Origin: Thermoguttaceae bacterium
Lineage (GTDB): Bacteria; Planctomycetota; Planctomycetia; Pirellulales; Thermoguttaceae
Direction: 5' to 3'
NCBI GenBank assembly: GCA_040766885.1
Contig: JAXGPP010000008.1
Span: 373,659 to 437,658 of the forward strand
DNA: 64,000 bases
Below are positions 12,008 through 22,594 of this stretch, piece by piece. Numbering within the stretch: the stretch's first letter is position 1; the number at the start of each line of letters is the position of its first letter. The notes below the pieces were generated by a model. The model was not told the DNA's origin. It did no database searches and saw only the letters and a list, made by a program, of their open reading frames with translations. A program made the position numbers and the translations under genes.

Positions 12008-14836
12008 ATGTCTATCCGACGCGGCATCGTGATTGCTGTCCTGGCCGGCATCTGCGGCTTTCCCGCGCCGTTGTCTTCGGCAGCTTCGGCTGAACCGCCG
12101 GCCGCGGGCCGTATCGACTCTCTGGAATCCATTCCCGACGCCCGTTGGCAGCTTGAGGGCTTCGTCGGCCGCCGCGTCCAGGCCAATGTCGACCACTGGC
12201 TGATCCCCGCGCCCGCCAACAATCCGGGCTTGCTCGAGATGTTCGCCCGCCGCGACAGCGGCACTCCGCCCGACCTGGTGCCCTGGGCCGGTGAATTCGT
12301 GGGCAAATATCTCATTTCGGGCGCGCAGGCCATGCGCATGTCGGACAGCCCGGAGCTCAGAGCCACGCTTGAGCAAGTCGTCGGGCGGCTACTCTCGCTG
12401 CAGGACGCCGACGGCTATCTGGGGCCCTGGCCCAAGGACCAGCGGCTCCGCGGCCAATGGGACCTGTGGGGCCACTACCACATCATGCTCGGGCTGCTCC
12501 TCTGGCACGACGAGACGGGCGACAAGAAGGCCGAAGAGGCGGCACGGCGCATCGCTGATCTCGTTTGTAGCACCTGCTCCGGCGGCGACTTCCGCGTCAT
12601 CGATGCCGGGTCGCACGAAATGAACATGAGCATCCTGCACGGCCTCACCATCCTCTACCGGCGAACCGGCGAAGACCGCTACCTGGCCATGGCCCGCGAG
12701 GTGCTCAAGGATATCGAGCGGGCCGGCGACTATCACCGGGTCGGGCTGGAGGGACGCGAGTTCTTCCGCTCGCCGCGGCCGCGCTGGGAGAGCCTGCACT
12801 GCCTGCAAGGTCTGGCCGAGATGCATCGCATCACGGGCGACCCGGCGTTCCGCCAGTCGTTTCTCCACCATTGGGCGAGTATTCGCCGCTTCGATCTCCG
12901 CAATACGGGCGGATTCTCTTCCGGCGAACAGGCCACCGGCAACCCGTTCGTCAACGACGCCATCGAAACCTGTTGCGTCATCGCCTGGCAGGCAGTGATG
13001 ATCGATGCCCTGGCACTGACTGGCCAATCCTTGATCGCCGACGACCTTGAACGGGCCACGCTCAATGCGGCGCTCGGAGCCCAGCACCCATCGGGCGCTT
13101 GGTGCACCTACAATTCGCCCATGGCCGGACAGCGAATCCCCTCGCACATCGACATCAGCTTCCAGGTTCGACCCGGCACGCCACACCTCAATTGCTGCTC
13201 CGTCAATGGCCCGCGCGGCTACGGCTCGATTAGCGACTGGGGCCTGATGCGAACGGCTGACGGCCTGGCACTCAACTATTATGGTCCGGGCACGATCCGG
13301 GCCAACCTCGCCGATGGCACGCCGCTCGCCATTCGCCAACAGACCGATTACCCCATTAGCGGCCGCGTGATCGTGAGCTTCGAGATGGCGGCGGCCAGCC
13401 CGTTTGAGCTCGCATTGCGGATCCCGGCCTGGTCGCGCACCACCGGCGTTCGCATCAACGGCGAGCTTGTATCAGGCGTCGTGCCGGGCGAATACCTGAA
13501 GCTCGCACGAACGTGGCAGCCGAGCGACGAGATCACGCTCGATCTCGACATGCAGACCCGGTACGAGCCGGGTGATCGGGAGCAGTTCGGCAAGGCTTCT
13601 TTCTATCGCGGCCCGATCCTGCTGGCTGCCGACAGTCGCATCGAACAACAAGACGGCCTCACGAATGTCGATGAACTGCCCGTGATCGACGTCAATCAAA
13701 TCGACAAGACTCGGCTCGTGGAGCCACCGGTCGGCGGCGACTCTCCATGGGTCACGGTCGACGTCCCGGCATCCGGCGGCACGATCCGGCTGATCGATTT
13801 CGCCAGCGCCGGAAAGACGACACTGGAAGGCCAGCCGCAGAGCCGATACGCAACCTGGCTGCCGGCCGCCAACATGCGTCCGCCGCTTCCCGTCGCCTGG
13901 ATACCCGCCGACGGTGCGGCAGTCGGCACGGGCGACATCCTTTTTGCGTGGCGACAGCCTGCGCACGACGACACGGCCCGGCGCCATGCGGTGGTAATCG
14001 CCGATTCGCCCGCGTTCGACCATGAGCTGTTGCGATATGGCGACGAGGGGGGCTCGTCGCTGGTGCTGCCGGTCAACGCGGCGACGGCGCTCAAGCCGCA
14101 TGCCGTGTATTACTGGAAGATCGTCGCCCGCAATGAGCATGGGCGGGCAGAGAGCATCGCGCCGCACAAGCGATTTCGGATCGATCCCTCGGCTCCACCT
14201 TCGCCCACGAACTGGCCGTACGGCCAGCGCAAAGAAGACTCGATGCTGGTCGCAGCGACGCTCGCCGGAGATGTCGAGCCGTCGTACGGCACGCTCGAAG
14301 ACGCCCGCGGCTGGAAGCCGGCGACGGGACCAGACGGCGCCCCCGCCAGCGCCATCGAGCTTGATGGTCAGAGCGGCATGGTGCGGTACAGGCTGTCGGC
14401 TTTTCCCGACAAAGACTACACCGTGGCAATCCGCGTCTGCGTCAGTCCCGCCCAGAGCGATCGCTTCGGCCAGATCTTCAGCGGTTGGTCCCGCGGCATG
14501 GATGATCCGCTTCGGGTATGTCTTGCCGGTGGCAAGCTGGCAGCGCGAATCGAGGCCGGCCGATTCTTCAGCACCCCGACCGTTCCGCTGGAGATCGGCC
14601 GGTGGCACCATGTGGCTGCCGTCAAGAATGGCGACAAGCTCATCCTCTATCTCGACGGCCAGCCGGCCGGCACGGCCGCCGTGCCGACGCGGATCTCGAC
14701 CGCGACGGAAGTCGTTGCCATCGGCGGCAACCCGCTTTACACGGGCGGACCGGAGTATCTCGCCGGCCGCTTTACCGACTTGCGCCTGTTTGCCCGCGCC
14801 TTGACCGATGACGAAGTAAGGAAGCTCGCCGAATAA
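12008..14836 (+). CDS. GH127-family (DUF1680, beta-L-arabinofuranosidase-like) glycoside hydrolase with a C-terminal LamG/concanavalin-like domain
   Basis: ORF of 942 aa with a signal peptide. It has the E-x-C (ETCCV) and adjacent Cys-Cys (NCCSVNG) features typical of the GH127 Cys-Glu zinc site, plus WDLWGHYH. The C-terminal LamG signature reads GNPLYTGGPEYLAGRFTDLRLFARALTDDEV. Confidence 0.6.
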   Translation: MSIRRGIVIAVLAGICGFPAPLSSAASAEPPAAGRIDSLESIPDARWQLEGFVGRRVQANVDHWLIPAPANNPGLLEMFARRDSGTPPDLVPWAGEFVGKYLISGAQAMRMSDSPELRATLEQVVGRLLSLQDADGYLGPWPKDQRLRGQWDLWGHYHIMLGLLLWHDETGDKKAEEAARRIADLVCSTCSGGDFRVIDAGSHEMNMSILHGLTILYRRTGEDRYLAMAREVLKDIERAGDYHRVGLEGREFFRSPRPRWESLHCLQGLAEMHRITGDPAFRQSFLHHWASIRRFDLRNTGGFSSGEQATGNPFVNDAIETCCVIAWQAVMIDALALTGQSLIADDLERATLNAALGAQHPSGAWCTYNSPMAGQRIPSHIDISFQVRPGTPHLNCCSVNGPRGYGSISDWGLMRTADGLALNYYGPGTIRANLADGTPLAIRQQTDYPISGRVIVSFEMAAASPFELALRIPAWSRTTGVRINGELVSGVVPGEYLKLARTWQPSDEITLDLDMQTRYEPGDREQFGKASFYRGPILLAADSRIEQQDGLTNVDELPVIDVNQIDKTRLVEPPVGGDSPWVTVDVPASGGTIRLIDFASAGKTTLEGQPQSRYATWLPAANMRPPLPVAWIPADGAAVGTGDILFAWRQPAHDDTARRHAVVIADSPAFDHELLRYGDEGGSSLVLPVNAATALKPHAVYYWKIVARNEHGRAESIAPHKRFRIDPSAPPSPTNWPYGQRKEDSMLVAATLAGDVEPSYGTLEDARGWKPATGPDGAPASAIELDGQSGMVRYRLSAFPDKDYTVAIRVCVSPAQSDRFGQIFSGWSRGMDDPLRVCLAGGKLAARIEAGRFFSTPTVPLEIGRWHHVAAVKNGDKLILYLDGQPAGTAAVPTRISTATEVVAIGGNPLYTGGPEYLAGRFTDLRLFARALTDDEVRKLAE

Positions 14837-15025
14837 CGGGCGGGCAGAGCCGAGGGACGCGGCCTTAAACACGCCCACGCCCGACCGAGTCGGCGACGCC
14901 GCCGTGCTCGGCGGGCACCTCCCATACCCTTGTATCGCTTCTCGCGGCTCGCCACAATGAGGGCCGATCGCGCCGTTTGTGGCGCACGTACACTCATTCG
15001 CACCTCAGTCTGCCGGGAGGGGATT

Positions 15026-16591
15026 ATGAGCGGGTCCGATCGTCGTCACGACCAACCGGGGCATTGCTTGTGCTGCTCCGGCGACGGGCATTTCGCCGGC
15101 GGTGAACCGTTCACCCGGCGTGTGTTTCTGGCTACCGGTTCGGCCGCGGCGGCCACCTGGATGCTGGCTTCGGCCCCGGCGGCCGCCGGCGAGGCGACTC
15201 GCCGCCAGCGCGAGCGACCGCCGGTGAAGCCCCTCCGCGTGCAACCGGTCTTCAATTGCGAGATCTACGAGCCCAAGCCGGCGACGAGTTGGCGGGTCAC
15301 CGGTGCGATCCAGAACGAAGACGAACTGCGCCAGGAGGAGGAGCACATTCGCCACGATCTGGCGGCCATGGCTGCCGCCGCCGAATTTCCGCTCGAGATG
15401 CTCCCTCTCGTCACGGTGCGGAACGTCGAGCAGGCGTCTGCCGTCCCCAAGGGAGAGTACGATGTGCTCATCATCTACGCGGCCCGGCGGAATCTCCCGG
15501 TACTCGAAGCACTTGCCGTCCCCGACCGCTGGAACCTGATGTTCGTCCGCCACCGCAGCGGTCCCCTGTACTACATGTATATCGGCGCCCATACCCACTT
15601 CCTCCGCAAGCGGACCGACGAGATGCTTCATCCGGGTATGGATGTCAACGACATTGTCGTCGACGACCATGGTGAACTGCTGTGGCGGCTGCGATCCTTC
15701 TTCGCACTCAAAAACACGCTTGGCAAACGGATTGTCGCGGTGGGCGGGCCGGGCGGATGGGGAGCCGACGGGCGGGCAGCGCCGGACCGGGCCCGGCAAA
15801 CCTGGCGATTCGACATCCGCGACGTCACCTACGCCGATCTGGAAACGCGGATCGTGGCCGCGCGGCAGAACGCACCGCTCGTGGCACGCTGCCGTGCCGA
15901 CGCCCAGGCCTATCTCGCCGCGCAGGGGGTGACGCTTGATACGACCCACGAGTTCGTCGAGAAGGCGTTTGTGCTCAACGAGGTGTTTCTCGATCTCCTC
16001 GAAGAAGCCGAAGCCGACGCGATCACGATCAACAACTGCATGAGCACGATCATGCCCGTCTCGGAGACGACGGCTTGCCTGCCGCTGACGTTGTTGAACG
16101 ACGACGGCTACCTGGCGTTCTGTGAATCGGATTTCGTCGCCATCCCGGCGGGCGTGCTTATGCACCACGTATGCGACAAGCCGGTCTTTCTCTGCAATCC
16201 ATCGATGCCCCACCGCGGCGTGCTCACTGTTTCTCACTGCACGGCGCCGCGGCGGATGGACGGCAAGACGCTCGAGCCGGTTCGTGTGCTGACGCACTAC
16301 GAGTCGGACTTCGGCGCGGCCACGAAGGTCGAGATGCGCAAAGGGCAGGCAATCACGGTGATCGATGCCGATTTCTCCGGCCGCCGCTGGCTGGGCTTCG
16401 AAGGGGAGATCATCGACACCCCCTTCTTTCCCATCTGCCGCACCCAGCTCGATATGCGGATCAAGGGAGACTGGCAGCGGCTGGCTGAAGAGATCCGCGG
16501 CTTCCACTGGATGGTGGCCTACGGCAGCCATCTCCGCGAGTTCGGCTACGCCGTGAAGAAAGCCGGCTTGGACTGGCTGACGCTGACATGA
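15026..16591 (+). CDS. Hypothetical exported protein with a TAT-type signal (TRRVFLATGSAAAA)
   Basis: RBS GGGAGGGG lies 4 nt before the ATG at 15026. Twin-arginine motif plus a hydrophobic stretch and an AxA cleavage-like site. No recognisable catalytic family. Confidence 0.55.
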   Translation: MSGSDRRHDQPGHCLCCSGDGHFAGGEPFTRRVFLATGSAAAATWMLASAPAAAGEATRRQRERPPVKPLRVQPVFNCEIYEPKPATSWRVTGAIQNEDELRQEEEHIRHDLAAMAAAAEFPLEMLPLVTVRNVEQASAVPKGEYDVLIIYAARRNLPVLEALAVPDRWNLMFVRHRSGPLYYMYIGAHTHFLRKRTDEMLHPGMDVNDIVVDDHGELLWRLRSFFALKNTLGKRIVAVGGPGGWGADGRAAPDRARQTWRFDIRDVTYADLETRIVAARQNAPLVARCRADAQAYLAAQGVTLDTTHEFVEKAFVLNEVFLDLLEEAEADAITINNCMSTIMPVSETTACLPLTLLNDDGYLAFCESDFVAIPAGVLMHHVCDKPVFLCNPSMPHRGVLTVSHCTAPRRMDGKTLEPVRVLTHYESDFGAATKVEMRKGQAITVIDADFSGRRWLGFEGEIIDTPFFPICRTQLDMRIKGDWQRLAEEIRGFHWMVAYGSHLREFGYAVKKAGLDWLTLT

Positions 16592-19005
16592 GCATCCGGA
16601 GAAACCCAATGCATTGGCGAGTGTTGACTATCGTCGCCGTAATGTCTGTCGCTCTCTGCGATAGGCCGCTGGTTCTGGCCGCGGCAGCCGATCCGGAGGG
16701 CAAGGTCGAAGTGATCCGCGACCGCTGGGGCATCCCGCACGTGTCTGCCGAGACCGACGCCGGGGCGATGTACGGCTTGGGCTACGCGGCGGCCGAAGAG
16801 CGGTCGTTCCAGATGTACTACAACCTGCGGATCATTCAAGGACGGCTGGCAGAGATCCTGGGAGACCGGCCCGCGGGGCGGGAGGATTCGCCTGTTGAAC
16901 ATGACCGCATGATGCGAACGTTCGGTTTCTATCGTGCCGCCAAAGTGGTTGCGGAGCGGCTCGACGCCGACACCCGGGCGATGCTCTCCGCGTATTCCGA
17001 CGGCGTCAATCGCTACATCGAAGAGCATCGCGACGCGCTGCACCCGATGTTCGAGATCATGGACTTGGAGCCGGAACCCTGGACGCCGGCCGACTGCATC
17101 GCAAGCTGGTGGCACCTGGGACAGTTCTTCGCCACCGACGGCACCCGGGAGTTGATCCAGTACCGCAACCGGCAACAGCCGGCTGCCGCGGCTCGCGGCG
17201 GGCCCGGGGGGCGCGGAGCAGTGGCCCCACCAAAGCCGCTGCCTACCTGGTACGACGACGAGGCCGCGGTTGTCCAGCGCGCCGACGTGTCCGACGAGTG
17301 GCTCGACCGGGTCAATGCCTTCTCCCGACAAGCTGGCTCCCAAGATGCCGCGGCCCGGTCGGCGGGGCCGCGGTTCAGCCACGCCTGGGTCGTGGGCAAG
17401 GCAAAGACGAGCACCGGTTCTGCCGTGCTGGTGAGCGATCCGCAGACCACGGTCTGGGCGCCTTCGCTGTTTCACGAGTTCCATGTTTGCGGCAAGACGT
17501 TCAACGCCCGCGGCGTGGGCGTGCCCGGCTCGCCTGCGCTGCTCATCGGTTTCAGTCGCCACTTCGCCTGGGGCGCCACGGCACTCGGAGCCGACCAGGC
17601 CGACCTCTTCCGGCTCACGACCGATGCCGACCACCCAAACCAGTACCTGCTCGACGGGCAGTGGCAGCCGATGGAAGTGATCCGCGAGACGATTCAAGTT
17701 AAGGATGGCCGGCCGGTTGAGCTGGCGATCCGCGAGACGGTCTTCGGCCCGGTTGTCACGCCGTTCGCCTTCGCCGCGCTCGGCGATCCCGAAGTAGCCC
17801 TGCGCCGCGTGCCTGTCTGCCAGACCGACCGCGAGACGATCCAGGCTGCGCTTGGCATGATGCGAGCCCAGAGTCTCGACGACTTCACCCGGGCCATCGC
17901 CGCCTGGCAGTTCCCCAGTCTGAATCTGGTATTCGGCGACCGCGAGGGCAACATCGGTTACTGGCTCCTTGCCGCGATACCCGTTCGCTCGCCCCTGGAT
18001 CGCGAGGCCGGCACGGCGACGACCGACGGCAGCACTTCCGAGAGTGCGTGGCGGAGCTTCGTGCCGCACGATCTCCTGCCGCACGTTGTCAACCCGGGCC
18101 GCGGCTGGATCGCCAGCGCCAATCATCGTGCGATCGGCTCGTTCTATCCGGTAACGCTGGGACTAAGCACCGGCAGCATGGGGCATACGGTCCGCTCGTG
18201 GCGGCTCTACGAGCGCCTGTCGGCACGCGAGTCGTTCACGCCGGAAGAGGTTCTCGACATCCATTTCGACTGCGTCAATCCGGCACGGCGGCACCTCGTT
18301 CAAATGGGTCTTGCGCTCCGCGGCCAGTCCGACCGCCGTCTGTCGCCCGATGCCGCCAAAGCGCTGGAACGCCTGGAGGCATGGCATGCGGCGGGAGCAC
18401 GATCCGATCTGAACCAGCCCGGTGCGGCATTGGCCGGCGAGATCCCCACGATGTTCCGCTTCGTGACCACGCCTCTGGCCGAACGCTACGGCGGCGGAGA
18501 ATCGGGGCTCGTGCGGTTCCTGCGCAACCTGGAAGACCGGCAAGCTCGCGACCCGAAGTCCGAAATCACGGCCGAAGAGGCAGCCTTCATCGACCTCTGC
18601 CTGTCGGGCGCATGGAGATCGGCCCAGGCGAAGTTTGGCGCCGACCCGGCGGCGTGGGACGAAACGGCTCGCCGGCAGGTTGGCCAGCGTCGTCTGGAGT
18701 ATTTCGGCAGCCTTGACGGATTCGGCTCGCTCGCCCCGGCCCACGATGTCGCCATGCCGGCGCTGGAGTGCGTGGACGGCGGAACGATCCGCTCGCAGGC
18801 GGCGCAGTCCTACACGCAGTATGTGCCGCTGGACGATGTTGACCGAGCGCTCAGCCTGCTGCCGCCCGGTCATTCGGATCGGCCCAACGATCCACATTGG
18901 ACCAGCACGATGGAAACGTGGGCCGCCGGCCAACTGCACCCGGCGCCCCTCTCCCGCGAGGCGGTCGAACGTATCGCCGGCAGCCGGATCGAGTTGGAGC
19001 GGTAG
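16588..19005 (+). CDS. Penicillin amidase / acyl-homoserine-lactone acylase family (Ntn-hydrolase, S45)
   Basis: ORF of 805 aa with a signal peptide. The family signature is VIRDRWGIPHVSAETDAGAMYGLGYAAAEERSFQM. The size matches the alpha/beta precursor. Confidence 0.8.
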   Translation: MSIRRNPMHWRVLTIVAVMSVALCDRPLVLAAAADPEGKVEVIRDRWGIPHVSAETDAGAMYGLGYAAAEERSFQMYYNLRIIQGRLAEILGDRPAGREDSPVEHDRMMRTFGFYRAAKVVAERLDADTRAMLSAYSDGVNRYIEEHRDALHPMFEIMDLEPEPWTPADCIASWWHLGQFFATDGTRELIQYRNRQQPAAAARGGPGGRGAVAPPKPLPTWYDDEAAVVQRADVSDEWLDRVNAFSRQAGSQDAAARSAGPRFSHAWVVGKAKTSTGSAVLVSDPQTTVWAPSLFHEFHVCGKTFNARGVGVPGSPALLIGFSRHFAWGATALGADQADLFRLTTDADHPNQYLLDGQWQPMEVIRETIQVKDGRPVELAIRETVFGPVVTPFAFAALGDPEVALRRVPVCQTDRETIQAALGMMRAQSLDDFTRAIAAWQFPSLNLVFGDREGNIGYWLLAAIPVRSPLDREAGTATTDGSTSESAWRSFVPHDLLPHVVNPGRGWIASANHRAIGSFYPVTLGLSTGSMGHTVRSWRLYERLSARESFTPEEVLDIHFDCVNPARRHLVQMGLALRGQSDRRLSPDAAKALERLEAWHAAGARSDLNQPGAALAGEIPTMFRFVTTPLAERYGGGESGLVRFLRNLEDRQARDPKSEITAEEAAFIDLCLSGAWRSAQAKFGADPAAWDETARRQVGQRRLEYFGSLDGFGSLAPAHDVAMPALECVDGGTIRSQAAQSYTQYVPLDDVDRALSLLPPGHSDRPNDPHWTSTMETWAAGQLHPAPLSREAVERIAGSRIELER

Positions 19006-19134
19006 TCGAGCCCCATCGGCGGACAATCATGTGAACCATGAAGGCATCGAGCACGTCTACTACGAGTCGGAGGAATCAACGTGAGTGCGGGAGCATTCTG
19101 AACTTGAAGGCCAGGGCAGTCATCGTGGAAGGAC

Positions 19135-19869
19135 GTGATGGAAACGCGTGAAACCAGTCAAGTACACCAGTGGCCTGCATGGCAATGGAACGAGATTCAG
19201 CAGGTCGGCACCGACTATGCGGATGTCGCGGAAGTCGAGCGCTACGAGCAGCGGATGGGAGAATTCCGCAATCTGCCGGCCGAGGATGCCGCTATTCTCG
19301 ATCGACTCTCTTTGCCTGCCGGATCGCACATTCTGGAGATCGGTACCGGGACGGGGCATTTTGCCCGCGCGGCGGCACGCGCCGGTTATCGCGTCACGGC
19401 CCTGGACGTCTCGCCGGCCATGCTGCGATACGCCGCAGATCGCGCGAAGGCCGACCGACTGGCCGGCATCGAATTCTGCCACGCCGGGTTTCTCACCTTC
19501 ACCGCCGCGCCGGCCACGTTCGATGCGGCCGTCTCGGTCGCCGTGCTGCACCATCTGCCCGACCTGTGGAAGGCCGCGGCACTCGGCAACATCCACCGCG
19601 CCTTGAAGCCTGGAGGCCTGTTTCTCTTGTGCGACGTGGTCTTCTCGACGCAGCACGGCGATCCGTGCTCGCAATTCGAAGCCTTTATCGACGCCGTGCC
19701 CCAATCCATGCGTGACGGGGCGATCGGCCATATTGCACGGGAATACAGCACGCTGGATTGGATCATGGAAGGCTTGCTCACTCGCGCCGGCTTCACGATC
19801 GAGCGCATGGTGGACTCTCAAGCTCCGCTCGTTCAGTACCAGTGCAAGGTCGCAGGCCAGTTTGCGTGA
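19135..19869 (+). CDS. Class I SAM-dependent methyltransferase
   Basis: Motif I ILEIGTGTGHFARAAARAGYRVTALDVSPAML, and post-I LFLLCDVVF. Confidence 0.75.
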   Translation: MMETRETSQVHQWPAWQWNEIQQVGTDYADVAEVERYEQRMGEFRNLPAEDAAILDRLSLPAGSHILEIGTGTGHFARAAARAGYRVTALDVSPAMLRYAADRAKADRLAGIEFCHAGFLTFTAAPATFDAAVSVAVLHHLPDLWKAAALGNIHRALKPGGLFLLCDVVFSTQHGDPCSQFEAFIDAVPQSMRDGAIGHIAREYSTLDWIMEGLLTRAGFTIERMVDSQAPLVQYQCKVAGQFA

Positions 19870-19905
19870 CGGGACGTGCCGTGAGCCGTTACGGCAAGGA
19901 GACCG

Positions 19906-20541
19906 TTGCAGCCCCAGGGGTTGCCGGGAGGAATGATGGACGATTCGGTCAACGTGATTCAACGGGCACAGCATCGTCGGCAGACGGCCGAGGCCATTCT
20001 GCGAGACCTGGACCTGATGAGTCGATGGCGGCAATTCGGCCGGCCGGTCCTGGTAGGCGCGTTGTCGTTCGATCTGGCGGTCGCCCCCGATATCGACATG
20101 GAAGTCTACTGCCCCGAGCTCAAGATTGAACACGGGTTTGAGGTTCTCCGCGAATGCGCGCTGAACGCCCGCGTCACGTCCGCCTTGTTCCTCAACGCCC
20201 TGAACACTCCCGACCAGGCCCTGTATTGGCAACTGAAGTGTCGCGGCGACGATGGCGCGGAGTGGAAGATCGACATGTGGTCCGCGCCCGAGGATTATCC
20301 GCTTCCTCGCGGTGAGCACTTTGTCGGGCCGATGCAGCAGGCCCTGACGCCGGAAACCCGCATGGCGATTCTGACCCTGAAGGAAGCCCGGGCGGCGGGC
20401 GAGTTGCCAGGATTCCTTTCCATCGATCTCTACCGCGCGGTCATTGACGACGGCGTCCGCACCACCGACCAGTGGCGCCAGTGGCAGCAAACCCACGAGA
20501 CGGGTGTGTTGACCGCCTGGAAGCCGGCCCCTGTGGCATAG
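19906..20541 (+). CDS. Nucleotidyltransferase-fold protein (minimal NTase-like); function unknown
   Basis: GALSFDLAVAPDIDMEVYC resembles the GS-x(n)-D-x-D NTase core. The start is uncertain; 19933 is an alternative. Confidence 0.4.
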   Translation: MQPQGLPGGMMDDSVNVIQRAQHRRQTAEAILRDLDLMSRWRQFGRPVLVGALSFDLAVAPDIDMEVYCPELKIEHGFEVLRECALNARVTSALFLNALNTPDQALYWQLKCRGDDGAEWKIDMWSAPEDYPLPRGEHFVGPMQQALTPETRMAILTLKEARAAGELPGFLSIDLYRAVIDDGVRTTDQWRQWQQTHETGVLTAWKPAPVA

Positions 20542-20582
20542 CCGCTGACACGCATGCAGGAACCAACTCGGTCACCTTTTTC

Positions 20583-20900
20583 GGCCCTCGGCCCGGTGGC
20601 ACTGGCGCAGCCAGTGCTCTTCCCGTCCGTCTCTTGCAGCCAAGAACTGGCAACAACGCGTCCGCGAGGAGCGAAACCGTTCCAGGGGGCTTTCTCCTAG
20701 TATGATCGGGTGACACTGGCGAAGCCAGTGCTCTTCACGTGCGTCTCTTGCAGCCAAGAATTGCCGGAAACACGTCCGCGAAGATCGAAACCGTTCCAGG
20801 GAACTTTATCCTAGTATGATCTGGTGCCACTGGCGAAGCCAGTGCTCTTCCCATGCGTCTCTTGCAGCAAGAATTGCCGGAAATGTCTCCGCGTAGTCTA
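20583..20900. repeat. ~120-bp tandem repeat, 2.7 copies, each with an internal 7-bp hairpin
   Basis: Unit: GGTGnCACTGGCGmAGCCAGTGCTCTTCnCGTnCGTCTCTTGCAGCCAAGAAyTGsC...CGTCCGCGA.G..CGAAACCGTTCCAGGG..CTTT.TCCTAGTATGATC. Copies start at about 20583, 20707 and 20827. The hairpin is CACTGGC-gca-GCCAGTG. Confidence 0.8.
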
Positions 20901-21667
20901 GTCCTTTCCGCCAGGGACGGCATGAAGGGCCGAAACAGATCTCCCTCAGTTCCGGCTGCCATGAAACAGCCGGGTGTCCAAGACGACCCTCCACTCTCCC
21001 CCCAAAACATTCAACTCCGGCGGCTGCCACCTTTGTCGTCCCCGATAGGGCTGAATACTGCCGCTTAGCGGCAACTGCATGATTAGCCGGGTGTGCAGCG
21101 GAGCGCACGCCGCCACCCATCCCCATCGGCCTTGCCCGCCTCCGCTCATCCCTCTCCCAGCCGCGCACGCGGCGGCAGCCAATAGCCCACGGCGTAAGCC
21201 GTGGGACCCCGGCCCCGAAAGACGTTTTCTTCCCAAGCCCCATCAGGGGCGACAGCCTACACCGCCGAGCCGAGAACGCGCCGCGTGCCATGTCCTCGGC
21301 TCCGCCGTAGACATGCAGGAACCGCCGCGACCAACTCGCCGCGGAGGCTTTCAGAATCGACCTCCAACTCGCCGCCAGTCCGCTTGGGCAAGAGGAACAG
21401 AACCTTGCGCCAGGCCGTCGCGAAGGCCGCCGCCGTGACGGGGAAGTCTACTTCCGCATGGTTCGCGTTCTCCAGGTAGACGTACTGCCATCCCCGTTCG
21501 TGATCCCCCGAGTGTCTTACACCGGTGTAATAGCCCGTCAAGAGAGCCCCGGGCGTGTTCTGCCGCCGCGTTGGGCGGCATAGCACGCCGGCCCCGTGGG
21601 GCGTTGCTCCGCAACTGTTATCGTAGCCGTGACTTGTGCGGGCACGGACGAGAAGTCCTGGGAGTGT

Positions 21668-21700
21668 TCTGCCGCTCGGTCCGGCGGCAGAACACCCCGC
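21668..21700. promoter_or_regulatory. 12-bp perfect palindrome in a ~1-kb GC-rich ORF-less region, with repeated GCATAGCACGC and GTGTTCTGCCGC words
   Basis: GTGTTCTGCCGC-tcggtccg-GCGGCAGAACAC. The flanking repeats are gtgttctgccgccgcgttgggcggcatagcacgcc and cgcatagcacgctggcc. Confidence 0.4.
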
Positions 21701-21944
21701 CAAGTACAGGAGGCCTTCCGACGGGTAGTGAGGTCACAGGTGGGCTGCGTGTTCTACGCACCGCATAGCACGCTGGCCCACCTTGGGCGACGGGGCGCAA
21801 CTACTTGACTGGTGGGGATTTCAGAGTGAGAATGCGGGCCGTGGTATGGGTGCGATATGTTGCCGGAATCGCCGCGATAAAGAATGACCACGGTTCGCCG
21901 CCGGCGGCAGAATTACACAGTTATGTGCCCGAGGAAGCGTCAGC

Positions 21945-22397
21945 ATGTCCGACAACTGGATCGCGCTCGTGCCGGATGATCCGCGATTCGTTCCCGACGC
22001 GGCGAAACAGCGCAGGGCGCGTGATCGTCTGGCCGAGATTGCTCCTGATGCGGACGAAATCGAGATCAAGGTTTCTGAGAAAGTCGAGTTCTTCGATTGC
22101 GGTGCGAACTTGGAGCGCATTTGCTGTCCATCATGCGGCGCGGAGATTCCGGTCGATTGGTGGCAAGACCGAATGGATGAGGATTACGCCGACGGCTTTA
22201 AGCTGGCGTCCTATGCCACCCCGTGCTGCGGCAAGGAATCAACATTGCATGCACTTGTTTATGAATGGCCACAGGGCTTCGGCCGCTTCGCGCTCGATGC
22301 AATGAATCCCAACATTGGCAAACTATCCGACAAATACAAGCGCGAGTTCGAGAAAATCCTTGGCACAAAGTTGCGGGTCATCTATCAGCACATTTGA
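21945..22397 (+). CDS. Hypothetical small Cys-rich (zinc-ribbon-like) protein
   Basis: 150 aa. Cys motifs CCPSCGAE and TPCCGKE. No family assignable. Confidence 0.45.
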   Translation: MSDNWIALVPDDPRFVPDAAKQRRARDRLAEIAPDADEIEIKVSEKVEFFDCGANLERICCPSCGAEIPVDWWQDRMDEDYADGFKLASYATPCCGKESTLHALVYEWPQGFGRFALDAMNPNIGKLSDKYKREFEKILGTKLRVIYQHI

Positions 22398-22594
22398 CTT
22401 CCGAACACAACCAGCGGCTGAAGCTGACCCGGGCCGCCATCCTGGTTTCCGAAATTCAACGTTCTTGCGGGCGGCCCCGGCAGCTTAGCCGCATCGTTCG
22501 GCTCACCCCTGCTCGCTGCAACGATACGCTGGCGCACGCAAGTAGCGTTGGGGTGTTTAACGATCTGGTCAACGTCGACAGACGGGCTGCCTGG

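Noticed and set aside
20583-20900. The tandem repeat looked superficially like a CRISPR array.
   Set aside because: The whole ~120-bp unit is repeated head-to-tail with no unique spacers, and the unit is far longer than a CRISPR repeat. No cas genes are nearby.
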